Of a DNA stretch of 64,000 bases, positions 37,221-45,532 are shown piece by piece (positions within the stretch are counted from its first letter, which is position 1; the number at the start of each line of letters is the position of its first letter). The translations under genes were made by a program, and so were the position numbers. Below the pieces are notes generated by a model. The model saw only the letters and a list, made by a program, of their open reading frames with translations. It was not told where the DNA came from and did not search any database. Source of the DNA: Dehalococcoidia bacterium (GTDB taxonomy: Bacteria > Chloroflexota > Dehalococcoidia > Lucifugimonadales > JAGWBF01); assembly GCA_965261965.1 (NCBI GenBank), contig OZ253489.1:3026281-3090280 (forward strand), written 5' to 3'.

Positions 37221-38012
37221 TCAAAGCCCCAAGATGTTTTCCAAGCCTACCACGAGGCGTTTCATGCTTCCGACTTCACGGACTGCTCTAAGCATTCCCG
37301 GCATACAACAATCCCGGCTGATCATATCGTGGCGAAGTGTCAGGACCTGCCCTGCAGTCCCCAAGACTATCTCGTGGTGGGCAACCCGTCCAGCCATTCT
37401 GATGCTATGAATGCCCACACCCTTGACTTCACCGCCCCTCACGCCGGAAATGACCTCTCGCTCGGGAATATTTCGCTGGTATTCTTTATCTTGGGTGATG
37501 GCATTGGCAATCACCTGAGCAGTACCCGAAGGAGCATCTATCTTGGCTTCATGGTGGGTTTCTATTATATCCGCATAATCGAAGAAGGGTGCGGCCTGCT
37601 TTACCAAGTGGACAAGGAGCACCCCTCCGATGGAAAAATTGGGTGCAACGACTATTCCGATGCCATTATCTTTGGAGATGCGGTCCAGTTCCTGCAGGTC
37701 CTTTTCGCCGAGGCCGGTGGTGCCGGTGACCAAGTGGATTCCCCGTTCGCCCGCAACCGGCGCCGCAGCCATGACCGAATCGGCTGTGGTGAAATCCACC
37801 AGCACATCAGGTGTGGTGGAGTCCAATACCGTCGTGAGGTTGGAGCTGAGAGGGACCGACTCTGTGGAATCAGGGACCGCCAGGTAACTGCCTCGGTCGC
37901 TCCGGCAGGTCGCACCCACCAACTCCATATCAGAGGCTTTTGAGAGGGCGATGACAGCTTCTCGCCCCATTTTGCCTGTTGCACCTGCAACCGCAACTTT
38001 CAGCGAAGCCAT
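37221..38012 (-). CDS. dapB: 4-hydroxy-tetrahydrodipicolinate reductase
   Basis: KVAVAGATGKMGRE and IETHHEAKIDAPSGTA (the E-x-HH-x-x-K-x-DAPSGTA signature). Confidence 0.9.
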   Translation of the reverse strand: MASLKVAVAGATGKMGREAVIALSKASDMELVGATCRSDRGSYLAVPDSTESVPLSSNLTTVLDSTTPDVLVDFTTADSVMAAAPVAGERGIHLVTGTTGLGEKDLQELDRISKDNGIGIVVAPNFSIGGVLLVHLVKQAAPFFDYADIIETHHEAKIDAPSGTAQVIANAITQDKEYQRNIPEREVISGVRGGEVKGVGIHSIRMAGRVAHHEIVLGTAGQVLTLRHDMISRDCCMPGMLRAVREVGSMKRLVVGLENILGL

Positions 38013-38128
38013 TTGATGTTTCTCCTGCCATCGCGTCCGGATGTTTGTGCTTGGTGCAGCTCACCCACCGGTCGGGCCCCTGCGGGTGCCCGCAAAATCG
38101 TCGCCTTATGGAGGTTAGATGGGTACTG

Positions 38129-40369
38129 CTACCTGTCTGAAGAACCACGGAATGGAGGCCGCCGCCCTTGGCTTGGTCCTCCGGGGCCGCCGCCGCCCGG
38201 CCTGGGGGGCCTTCGGTCATTGCGAAAGCCGGGGTTTGGGTTTGCGGACCTGAAGGGCGGAGATGGGGGCCGGGTCGGCCTGTTTTCACCGGCGCCGGGG
38301 TTATCCGGCCCTCCCATAAGAGCTTGCCGGGAAACGTTGACCCTGCCCATATGGTCAATCTCTTGAACTATGACTGTTATCTCTTGGCCAACCTCAATGC
38401 CTTGTGCCAATTCGCCCAGGTCTTCTGACCGGGCGAGACCATCTTTTCCGGGCAAAAGCTCGATGAATGCTCCAAAGCTGGTTACCCGCGTGACCTTGCC
38501 GGTGAAGATATCGCCGACGACCACATCTCTGGTCAACCCTTCGATCTTGGACTTGGCGGCGGTCATCATTCGATCATCATCAGCAGAGATTATCACGGTG
38601 CCATCATCTTGGACTTCGATGGTGGCTTTGGTTTCTTCTTGGATGCCGCGGATCATGCGGCCTCCGGGGCCGATTACAAGGCCGATCTTGGCGACGGGAA
38701 TGCTGATGCGCACCATCTTGGGCGCATAGGGACTGAGATCGGATCTGGGTTCGGTAATAGCTTCATTCATCTTTCCCAAGATGAACATCCGGCCATCGTT
38801 GGCCTGTTCCAGAGCCCGCTCCATTATCTCATTGGTGATGCCTTTAATCTTGATATCCATCTGCAAGGCGTTGATGCCTTGGGAGGTGCCGGCCACTTTG
38901 AAATCCATATCGCCCAGGTGGTCTTCCAAGCCTTCGATGTCTGTGAGAATGGCGTTGCGGCCATCAGCGCCCATTATAAGACCCATAGCGACTCCGGCTA
39001 CCGGCCGCTTCAGTGGGACCCCGGCATCCATGAGAGCAAGGGTGCTTCCACAAACGCTGGCCATTGATGTGCTGCCGTTGGAGCTCAGGACTTCGGATAC
39101 GATACGGATGGTGTATGGAAAATCCGTTTCCTTGGGCACGGCGGGCAGGATACTGCGCTCAGCCAGTGCACCATGGCCCACCTCGCGCCTGGCGGGAGAA
39201 CCGACCCTTTTCACTTCGCCGGTGGAATAGGGTGTGAAGTTGTAGTGGTGCATGAAGTGTTTTGTGCCTTCTGGCCCCAGATCATCCAAGGTCTGCCTCA
39301 TCGTCGTCGAAGCCAAGGTAACGATGCTCAGCACCTGGGTCTGACCGCGTGTAAACAAGCCTGTGCCGTGGGTGCGCGGGAGGATTCCCACCTCGCAGCT
39401 AATAGGCCGGATTTCGGTGGTGCCCCTGCCATCAGCCCGGATGCCATGGTCCAGTATCCTCTGGCGCATCAGGTCTTTGAGGATGCTTTCGAATGCTGCT
39501 CCGACCTTCTCCGCCGGGTGGTCGTCAAGCAGGTTTTCCTTAACTTCCGCTTCTAGGGCATCCAGTGAACCTTCTCGTTCGACCTTGCTTAGTCCAGCTT
39601 CCAGTACAGAGGATATTCTACCGTTCACAAATTGAGCGACAGAAAATTCGACCTCTTGCTGGTGGGTATCCACGTCTATGACCAGCTTTGGCTTCCCAGC
39701 CAATGCTGCCAGCTCTTCTATCATCTCGATGACCTGATTGTTAGCTGCTTGCCCTCGACGAATTGCTTCCAAGACCGTCGATTCTGAAACTTCATTAGAT
39801 TCGGATTCGACCATCATCACAGCATCCCTTGTACTTGCTATCACCATCGCCAGATCGCCTTCGTCAATCTCACTGTAGATTGGGTTGATGACGTAGGCGC
39901 CGTTGGAATGGTTTACCCGGCACGCTCCGATGGGGGTTGCAAGGGGAATCTGGGATAGTGCGACTGCAGCAGAAGCACCGATGATTCCCAGGGTTTCGGG
40001 GGGATTTTCTCTGTCCACCGACATGACGGTGATGATTATCTGAATATCGTTGTAGAACCCTTTGGGCAGCAGCGGGCGCAGGGGGCGGTCGATGAGGCGT
40101 CCGAAGAGTATAGCTTGCGTGGTGGGTCTCCCCTCCCTTCTGAAGAAGCTGCCGGGTATTCGCCCGGCAGCATATAGTCTTTCTTCGTAGTCGACGGTCA
40201 GGGGTAGAAAATCAATGTCAGGTCTTGCTTTAGGGGCAACGCATAGGGTTGCAAGGATTATGGTATCGCCGCATCGGACAGTGACTCCTGCATCTGCTTG
40301 CGCAGCATACTTGCCCGTTTCGATAATAATCTGTTTTCCATCTATTGTTCGTTCTACAGAATGATGCAT
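38129..40369 (-). CDS. pnp: Polyribonucleotide nucleotidyltransferase (PNPase) with Pro/Gly/Arg-rich C-terminal extension
   Basis: Two RNase PH domains (RPLRPLLPKGF, GSPARREVGHGALAERS), KH and S1 (GDIFTGKVTRVTSFGAFIEL), then a ~65-aa PGR-rich tail. Confidence 0.95.
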   Translation of the reverse strand: MHHSVERTIDGKQIIIETGKYAAQADAGVTVRCGDTIILATLCVAPKARPDIDFLPLTVDYEERLYAAGRIPGSFFRREGRPTTQAILFGRLIDRPLRPLLPKGFYNDIQIIITVMSVDRENPPETLGIIGASAAVALSQIPLATPIGACRVNHSNGAYVINPIYSEIDEGDLAMVIASTRDAVMMVESESNEVSESTVLEAIRRGQAANNQVIEMIEELAALAGKPKLVIDVDTHQQEVEFSVAQFVNGRISSVLEAGLSKVEREGSLDALEAEVKENLLDDHPAEKVGAAFESILKDLMRQRILDHGIRADGRGTTEIRPISCEVGILPRTHGTGLFTRGQTQVLSIVTLASTTMRQTLDDLGPEGTKHFMHHYNFTPYSTGEVKRVGSPARREVGHGALAERSILPAVPKETDFPYTIRIVSEVLSSNGSTSMASVCGSTLALMDAGVPLKRPVAGVAMGLIMGADGRNAILTDIEGLEDHLGDMDFKVAGTSQGINALQMDIKIKGITNEIMERALEQANDGRMFILGKMNEAITEPRSDLSPYAPKMVRISIPVAKIGLVIGPGGRMIRGIQEETKATIEVQDDGTVIISADDDRMMTAAKSKIEGLTRDVVVGDIFTGKVTRVTSFGAFIELLPGKDGLARSEDLGELAQGIEVGQEITVIVQEIDHMGRVNVSRQALMGGPDNPGAGENRPTRPPSPPFRSANPNPGFRNDRRPPRPGGGGPGGPSQGRRPPFRGSSDR

Positions 40370-40415
40370 GGCTGGAGATAAACGACCTCTCTTAAGGTAT
40401 GGTGAAGGCGCCAGG

Positions 40416-40449
40416 AAAAACAGATAGCCCCGACAGGCGGGGCTATCTC
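40416..40449 (-). terminator. rpsO-pnp intergenic hairpin + U-tract (attenuator/processing site)
   Basis: Minus strand reads AGATAGCCCCG-CCTGT-CGGGGCTATCT followed by GTTTTT: an 11-bp perfect stem with a 5-nt loop. It overlaps the rpsO stop codon. Confidence 0.65.
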
Positions 40450-40706
40450 CTCAGGCCGAGACGACCAATGAGGGTACGGTAGCGGGCGACGTCTTCGCGG
40501 GACAGGTAATTCAGCAGACTCCGGCGTTGACCTACAAGCTTCAGAAGACCTATCCGGGAGTGGACGTCCTTCTTGTGCTGGCGAAGATGATCTGTGAGTT
40601 GTTTGACTCGATCCGTCAGGACCGCCACCTGAACTTCAACAGACCCTGTGTCACTGTCGTGTTGCTGAAAGTCCTCGATAATCTGGGACTTTCTTTCCTT
40701 ATCCAG
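40443..40706 (-). CDS. rpsO: 30S ribosomal protein S15, apparently initiating at CTG
   Basis: The conserved S15 N-terminus [31 protein letters not shown] is encoded upstream of the ORF-track start (40628). The in-frame TAA at about 40735-40737 leaves no ATG/GTG/TTG. CTG at 40704-40706 lies 4 nt after AGGAGG. Confidence 0.8.
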   Translation of the reverse strand: MDKERKSQIIEDFQQHDSDTGSVEVQVAVLTDRVKQLTDHLRQHKKDVHSRIGLLKLVGQRRSLLNYLSREDVARYRTLIGRLGLRR

Positions 40707-40743
40707 AACCCCTCCTGGAGCTTTTCCTTCTTACTTCCCGGCG

Positions 40744-40772
40744 ATTATAACACAGCCACGAACACCCTGCAA
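40744..40772 (-). promoter_or_regulatory. Candidate sigma70-type promoter of rpsO-pnp
   Basis: Minus strand reads TTGCAG - 17 nt - TATAAT (perfect -10), preceded by a T-rich tract, about 38 nt upstream of the CTG start. Confidence 0.6.
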
Positions 40773-40810
40773 CGAAAACGAAAAAAGCAACTGTTCAGCT
40801 TGGGTGAGAG

Positions 40811-41922
40811 ATGCAGGGAGTCTTTCTCCCCTGTTGTAATCCTGCAGGGGTTCCTCCCCCCTGTTGTATCCCTGCGAGGGTTCCTCCCCCTGTTGTCGTA
40901 ATACGAGGGTTCCTCCCCCTTGTTGTCATCCTGCGGCCCCCCTGAATGTCATCCTGCGGGGGTTCCTCCCTTGTTGTAATCCTGCGGAGTCCCCCCTTGT
41001 TGTCGTCCTTTCGCGAAGTCCCCCTTATGGTCATTCTGAAGAGTCTCTCCTTGTTGTCATTCTGAGGAGCGCCTCCTCCCTGTCATTCTGAGGAGCGCAC
41101 GACGAAGAATCTAAGGTGCTTGGACACACGATGGGTTGCCGTAGAAATGAACCAGCCATCAGAGGGAGACCCTAGATTCCTCACTGCGTTCGGAATGACA
41201 AGTTGGCAGTCCGGAATGACAAGTTGGCAGTTTGGAATGACAGTGCGGCGGTTCAGACTGACAATGGAGGGTTCGGAACTGTAATCCTGAGGGGGGTTCC
41301 TCTCCCTGTTGTCATCCTGCGGCCCCCCTGATTGTCATCCTGGGGGGTTCTTCCCCCTTGTTGTAATCCTGCGGGGGTTCCCCCCCTGTTGTAATCCTGC
41401 GGGGGTTCCTCCCCCTGTTGTAATCCTGCGGGGGGTCCCCCCCTTGTTGTAATCCTGCGGGGTGCGTCTTATGGTCATTCTGAGGAGTCTCTCCTTGTTG
41501 TCATTGTGAGGAGCGCCTCCTCCCTGTCATTCTGAGGAGCGCACGACGAAGAATCTAAGGTGCTTGGACACACGATGGGTTGCCGTCGAAATGGACCAGC
41601 CATCGGAGGGAGACTCTAGATTCCTCACTGCGTTCGGAATGACAAGTTGGCAGTCCGGAATGACAGGTTGGCAGTCCGGAATGACAGTAGGGGGCGTTCG
41701 GGCTGACAATCGAAGTGCCAGAACTGCGTTCGGACTGGCGTGTTGGCCGTTCGGACTGACAATGGAGGGTCCGGAATGACAGGCTGGCCGTTCGGACTGG
41801 CGTGTTGGCCGTTCGGGATGACAATCCGGGTTCTGGCACTGCGTTCGGGATGACAATCCGGGTTCTGGCACTGCGTTCGGGATGATAATCCGGGTGCTGG
41901 CACCACGTTCGGGATGATAATC
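40811..41922 (+). repeat. Composite palindromic repeat array 2 (forward, 2 cores of a divergent subfamily)
   Basis: Boundary ATGCAGG at 40811. Cores at 41082-41200 and 41526-41644 have the interior GTGCTTGGACACACGATGGGTTGCCGTMGAAATGRACCAGCCATC. A-units are TGTTGTAATCCTGCGGGGGTTCCTCCCCC (~29 bp). B-units are GGAATGACAAGTTGGCAGTCC. Three ~33-bp units GTTCGGGATGACAATCCGGGTTCTGGCACTGC lie at 41810-41910. Confidence 0.9.
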
Positions 41923-42004
41923 TGTGGAGGCCCTCCAGATTCCACTAATGGAGACTGAGGGGTTACGAAAAAAACCCTCCGATAGCCTATTGCGATACGA
42001 GAAG

Positions 42005-42319
42005 CTATTTCAGCCAGTCGGCATCGGTGCGGAACACCGTAACACAGCTAGCCCTGACCGTTTCGGCTGCAAACCAGTCTTTAACCGTCTCCCGCCATTT
42101 CAGGAAGTGGGGCGCCCCCCGGTGGGCTTCGATAGCTGCGTCATCCCGGTATACTTCATACAGGAATATCCGGTTGGGGTCTGCTTGGTCCTCGATCACA
42201 TCGAACCGCAGGCATCCGGGTTCATCATTAACCGACCCCCTAGCATCCTCTAGCATGGACTCCATAAATGCTTCTTTATGTTCGGGCTTGATCCGGATGG
42301 TTACCATTAGTGCTTGCAT
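42005..42319 (-). CDS. Antibiotic-biosynthesis-monooxygenase (ABM/YgiN-like) domain protein
   Basis: 104 aa. IRIKPEHKEAFMESMLEDARGSVNDEPGCLRFDVIEDQADPNRIFLYEVYRDDAAIEAHRGAPHF fits the ferredoxin-like ABM fold pattern. Confidence 0.8.
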   Translation of the reverse strand: MQALMVTIRIKPEHKEAFMESMLEDARGSVNDEPGCLRFDVIEDQADPNRIFLYEVYRDDAAIEAHRGAPHFLKWRETVKDWFAAETVRASCVTVFRTDADWLK

Positions 42320-42573
42320 ATTGCCTCCTAACTCTGAATAAAGCCTCTGGACCCGGCGCTTGATCCAAGGGGACCGTCTCGTCCGTGGCCCCTGAACCGC
42401 CGCAAGGGACTTACGGCAGAAAAATTACACACCCGTTGGACGCTACCAAGGACAACTCCGCCCTCCCTCGGGGTGGTGGGCGAAAGCGATGTTAGTCTGA
42501 GGATGCCATGCTACAATCTGCTTGACCTACATCCTGCTGGGTACAGCACATCAAGGGTACTTCGAAAGGTAGC

Positions 42574-43695
42574 ATGTTGTCTAATAGAACCGTCGTGATT
42601 TGCATTGATGGATTCGACCCCGAATACATAGATGCTTGCGAAAGCCCGAACATCCGAGAACTGGGGAAACGAGGGTTTTTCAACATTGGCCGGTGTATGA
42701 TGCCGTCGGTCACCAATGTCAACAATGTTTCCTTGGTTACCGCCAGCTACCCTAGGGTCCACGGGATATGTTCCAACTATTGGTACAGAGGAGACGGGAC
42801 GGAAGGGGTATACACAGAATCGGCTGAATATGTTCTGACCGAAACATTCTTCCAGAAGGCCCATCAGCAAAAGGTGGATTCCATGCTGGTTACATCCAAG
42901 GATAAGCTGCGTTCACTCCTTGCCGAAGGTGCGGACACAACCATCTCTTCGGAAACGCCGCCCCGGTGGATAGTGGATGCCATAGGTCCTGCGCCTGAGA
43001 TATATTCCTTGGAGGTAAATGGCTGGGTCATTGATGCAGCCACCTACGCTATGTCCGAGAAGCCGGCCGATATTATTTACATAACCACCACGGACTATGC
43101 TATGCACACCTACCCGCCGGACCATCCCAAGTCGCAGGAGCACATTTCCATTTTGGACAGGGCTATTGGGAATCTGGTTGAAACCCATCCCGATGCAGCC
43201 ATCTTGATTACCGCCGATCATGGGATGTCCAGCAAAACCCGGATGGTCGATCTGGGGGAAGCTTTGGCTCGATACAAGATAGCTGCCACGATGGTCCCCA
43301 TCATCAAGGACCGGTATGTAGCCCATCATTCCAACTTGGGCGGGTGCGCATACGGGTATCTTGATGCCAATGCCGCAAAGGAAGCAGCCGGCATCCTGCG
43401 CGAACTCCCCGGGGTTCAGGATGTGCTGTCTAAAGAAGAAGCCGTTGCTGCTTTCAATCTGCACCCTGACCGGATAGGGGATATCGTTGTCACGGGCATG
43501 AAAGATACGGTGTTCGGCGACCCAGCAGAAACCGAGCTTCCCCCGACCCTCAGAAGCCACGGGTCTACCACCGAGCAGGATATTCCCATCATTGGGTACA
43601 ATGGCTCATTCGATGGATTTTCGTTCAAAGAAAACCGTGATCTGGGCCGGTATATTTTCGAACGGGTGTTGGGACAATCCAGCGCCGTGCTATAA
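42574..43695 (+). CDS. Alkaline-phosphatase-superfamily hydrolase, phosphonoacetate hydrolase (PhnA)/NPP-like
   Basis: VVICIDGFDPEYI...MMPSVTNVNNVSLVTASYPRVHGICSNYWY...ITADHGM. This resembles the metal- and nucleophile-binding motifs of phosphonoacetate hydrolase and nucleotide pyrophosphatases, as I recall them. Confidence 0.7.
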   Translation: MLSNRTVVICIDGFDPEYIDACESPNIRELGKRGFFNIGRCMMPSVTNVNNVSLVTASYPRVHGICSNYWYRGDGTEGVYTESAEYVLTETFFQKAHQQKVDSMLVTSKDKLRSLLAEGADTTISSETPPRWIVDAIGPAPEIYSLEVNGWVIDAATYAMSEKPADIIYITTTDYAMHTYPPDHPKSQEHISILDRAIGNLVETHPDAAILITADHGMSSKTRMVDLGEALARYKIAATMVPIIKDRYVAHHSNLGGCAYGYLDANAAKEAAGILRELPGVQDVLSKEEAVAAFNLHPDRIGDIVVTGMKDTVFGDPAETELPPTLRSHGSTTEQDIPIIGYNGSFDGFSFKENRDLGRYIFERVLGQSSAVL

Positions 43696-43756
43696 TCCAG
43701 TTAGCTTCAATGGAATAAACATGAGCAGATAATTTGATCTGCACCGGAGGTTGATC

Positions 43757-44455
43757 ATGTACGGATGGCGGGCAGAGATCGGGTTTATCACACCTTCCAA
43801 TAACACCGTGATTGAACCGGAGCTTTATCATGTGGTCCCAGAAGGCGTTTCCTTTCATTTTACCAAGCTCATCTTTAAGTCCAGTGCGCGGGATGGTCGA
43901 ATCAAAGATGTGGACAACGAAGGGCTGGACTGCCTCGCCAGGAGCCAGGTAAATGCTATTGGCTATGCGTGTATGGCGACCAGCTTGGTTGGTTCGGACC
44001 AGTGGGAGAAGGATGCTACCGAACGCACCGGGCTTCCTGCGGTAACCGCCACAGGCGCTGTGAAAACCGCCCTGAGAGCCGTCGGAGCCAAGAACATCGC
44101 CATGGTCTGTCATTACCCTGAAGACCGGCTTGACCTGGTCGAACGTTCTTTTAACGACGATGGATTTAACGTGGTTTCCATCGAAACCGCCAGCGTGGCA
44201 GACCAGAAAGAGGTCAACCGCATACCGACGGAGACCGTCTACCGGCTATCGCGAAAAACGGACTCCAAGGACGCGGATGCTCTGTGCTTGCTAGCTACCG
44301 ACCTGAGAACATTCCCGATCCTTCAACAGCTGGAAGATGACCTGGGCAAGCCGGTGGTCGGGACCAATCAAGCGCTACTGTGGAGGACGTTGCAGCTGGC
44401 TGACCTGGATGTAAAGATCGAAGGGTACGGGTCGCTGCTCTCGGGAGAGATGTAA
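43757..44455 (+). CDS. Asp/Glu/hydantoin-racemase-superfamily protein (maleate isomerase/arylmalonate decarboxylase-like)
   Basis: MYGWRAEIGFITPSNNTVIEPELY... is the typical N-terminus of the maleate cis-trans isomerase family. ATG 43757 lies 6 nt after GGAGG. Confidence 0.7.
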   Translation: MYGWRAEIGFITPSNNTVIEPELYHVVPEGVSFHFTKLIFKSSARDGRIKDVDNEGLDCLARSQVNAIGYACMATSLVGSDQWEKDATERTGLPAVTATGAVKTALRAVGAKNIAMVCHYPEDRLDLVERSFNDDGFNVVSIETASVADQKEVNRIPTETVYRLSRKTDSKDADALCLLATDLRTFPILQQLEDDLGKPVVGTNQALLWRTLQLADLDVKIEGYGSLLSGEM

Positions 44456-44676
44456 GACCTGATTAAGCGACGGACGGCGGAGGCTTCAAGAATCCAGATC
44501 GGTTGATGCTCGCGGGGAAACCGACGCCTTCTTCGTGCAGGCTTAGGTCAGGATTTAGGTTCACTAATCCGAAGTTTGCATCCTACACGTAGCCCTCGGC
44601 GACGTCCACTCCTTGTTGTCTATACGCCGCTGACCGTTGTCGGCAACCCTCCAGTGCAACCCCGTAGTCAACCAGG

Positions 44677-45501
44677 TCAAGCTTTGTTCTCCTCGCCCTC
44701 GGGATTGAATGGTTGGTCGGTCACCCGGATCAGGGCGCTGAAGGGTACACCGTCAAAATTGAGCCATTCTCCCCAACATGCCTGATCTACAACACCAAGG
44801 CCATGGCACTGCAAAACACCTTCCCACGACGCTTCAGATGGGAACACAGGCCCGTAAGCGGCCATATCCTGAGCGTTCAAGAATCCAAGATAGAGCAGAA
44901 CGACAGGTATGCCAAGAGAGACCAGCTTCCACGACCATGCAAACCGGTTGGATAACTGGTAGTGGTGGTCCCGGGATATATTCCAACGCTTTCCTGTCAC
45001 TCGCCGGAACTGGGTTGCGGCCTCGCCAATCGCCAATCCAATCCGTTCGTGGTTCTTGATGCTGTTAGCAGACGCATCCGACTTGAGTAGTTTCCCATCG
45101 TTCTTTAACTCGTTTGAATGCGCCTTTGCTTCAATGAGAAGAAGCCCCTGCTTGCCCATTATGGTGCAGGTGCTGGCGATGTCCCAGTTCGGAGTATTCG
45201 CCGCATTTCCTCTACCGGGGACTGCGAGCCACCACTCCTTAAGTTGCAACTGTAGCTGACGACTCACGAGGTCATTTGACTTGTCCAGTTCAACCTCCCG
45301 CGCGGGTCTCAAGTCCCATGAGTCATTTCTGCGCACGGGCTTTCCGTATGGCATCCAACGGTCGCGCTGAGAAACGACTAAATCTGGGAGATTCACCATG
45401 CGCGTCAGACGGCTGGCAACCTCTTCTCGATTACCTTCCATCGTCAGAACGCAACGTGGTTGGCTACCTCGCTGTTTTTTAAGCTGTTTGTACCAACTCA
45501 T
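44677..45501 (-). CDS. Hypothetical protein with a PD-(D/E)xK nuclease-like motif
   Basis: 274 aa. NWDIASTCTIMGKQGLLLIEAKAH matches the D...(hydrophobic strand)-E-x-K core of restriction-endonuclease-fold proteins. No partner gene and no family recognised. Confidence 0.5.
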   Translation of the reverse strand: MSWYKQLKKQRGSQPRCVLTMEGNREEVASRLTRMVNLPDLVVSQRDRWMPYGKPVRRNDSWDLRPAREVELDKSNDLVSRQLQLQLKEWWLAVPGRGNAANTPNWDIASTCTIMGKQGLLLIEAKAHSNELKNDGKLLKSDASANSIKNHERIGLAIGEAATQFRRVTGKRWNISRDHHYQLSNRFAWSWKLVSLGIPVVLLYLGFLNAQDMAAYGPVFPSEASWEGVLQCHGLGVVDQACWGEWLNFDGVPFSALIRVTDQPFNPEGEENKA

Positions 45502-45532
45502 CCGGCCCCTGCATTTGTTCGGTTCAGTTGTT

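Noticed and set aside
3118-37943. Long antisense or overlapping ORFs in the track, for example 3118-3762(-), 4016-4690(-), 8991-9947(-), 17700-18329(+), 19583-20368(+), 23492-24214(-), 25570-26286(+), 27161-27958(+), 36536-37291(+), 37089-37943(+).
   Set aside because: Each lies opposite or inside a gene with strong family motifs. The products are Arg/Pro/Gly/Ser-rich low-information sequences, as expected for open antisense frames in GC-rich DNA. None has a convincing RBS.
37930-38428. ORFs 37930-38358(-), 38013-38366(+) and 38168-38428(+), which overlap the dapB-pnp junction.
   Set aside because: They result from the GC-rich, codon-repetitive PGR-tail region of pnp. The pnp frame is continuous with the S1 domain, and the alternatives lack any motif.
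41925-42004. A possible terminator downstream of the ABM gene (GAGGGGTTACGAAAAAAACCCTCC and TGGAGGCCCTCCA).
   Set aside because: The stems are only 3-5 bp with a mismatch or a 1-nt loop, which is not convincing as an intrinsic terminator.
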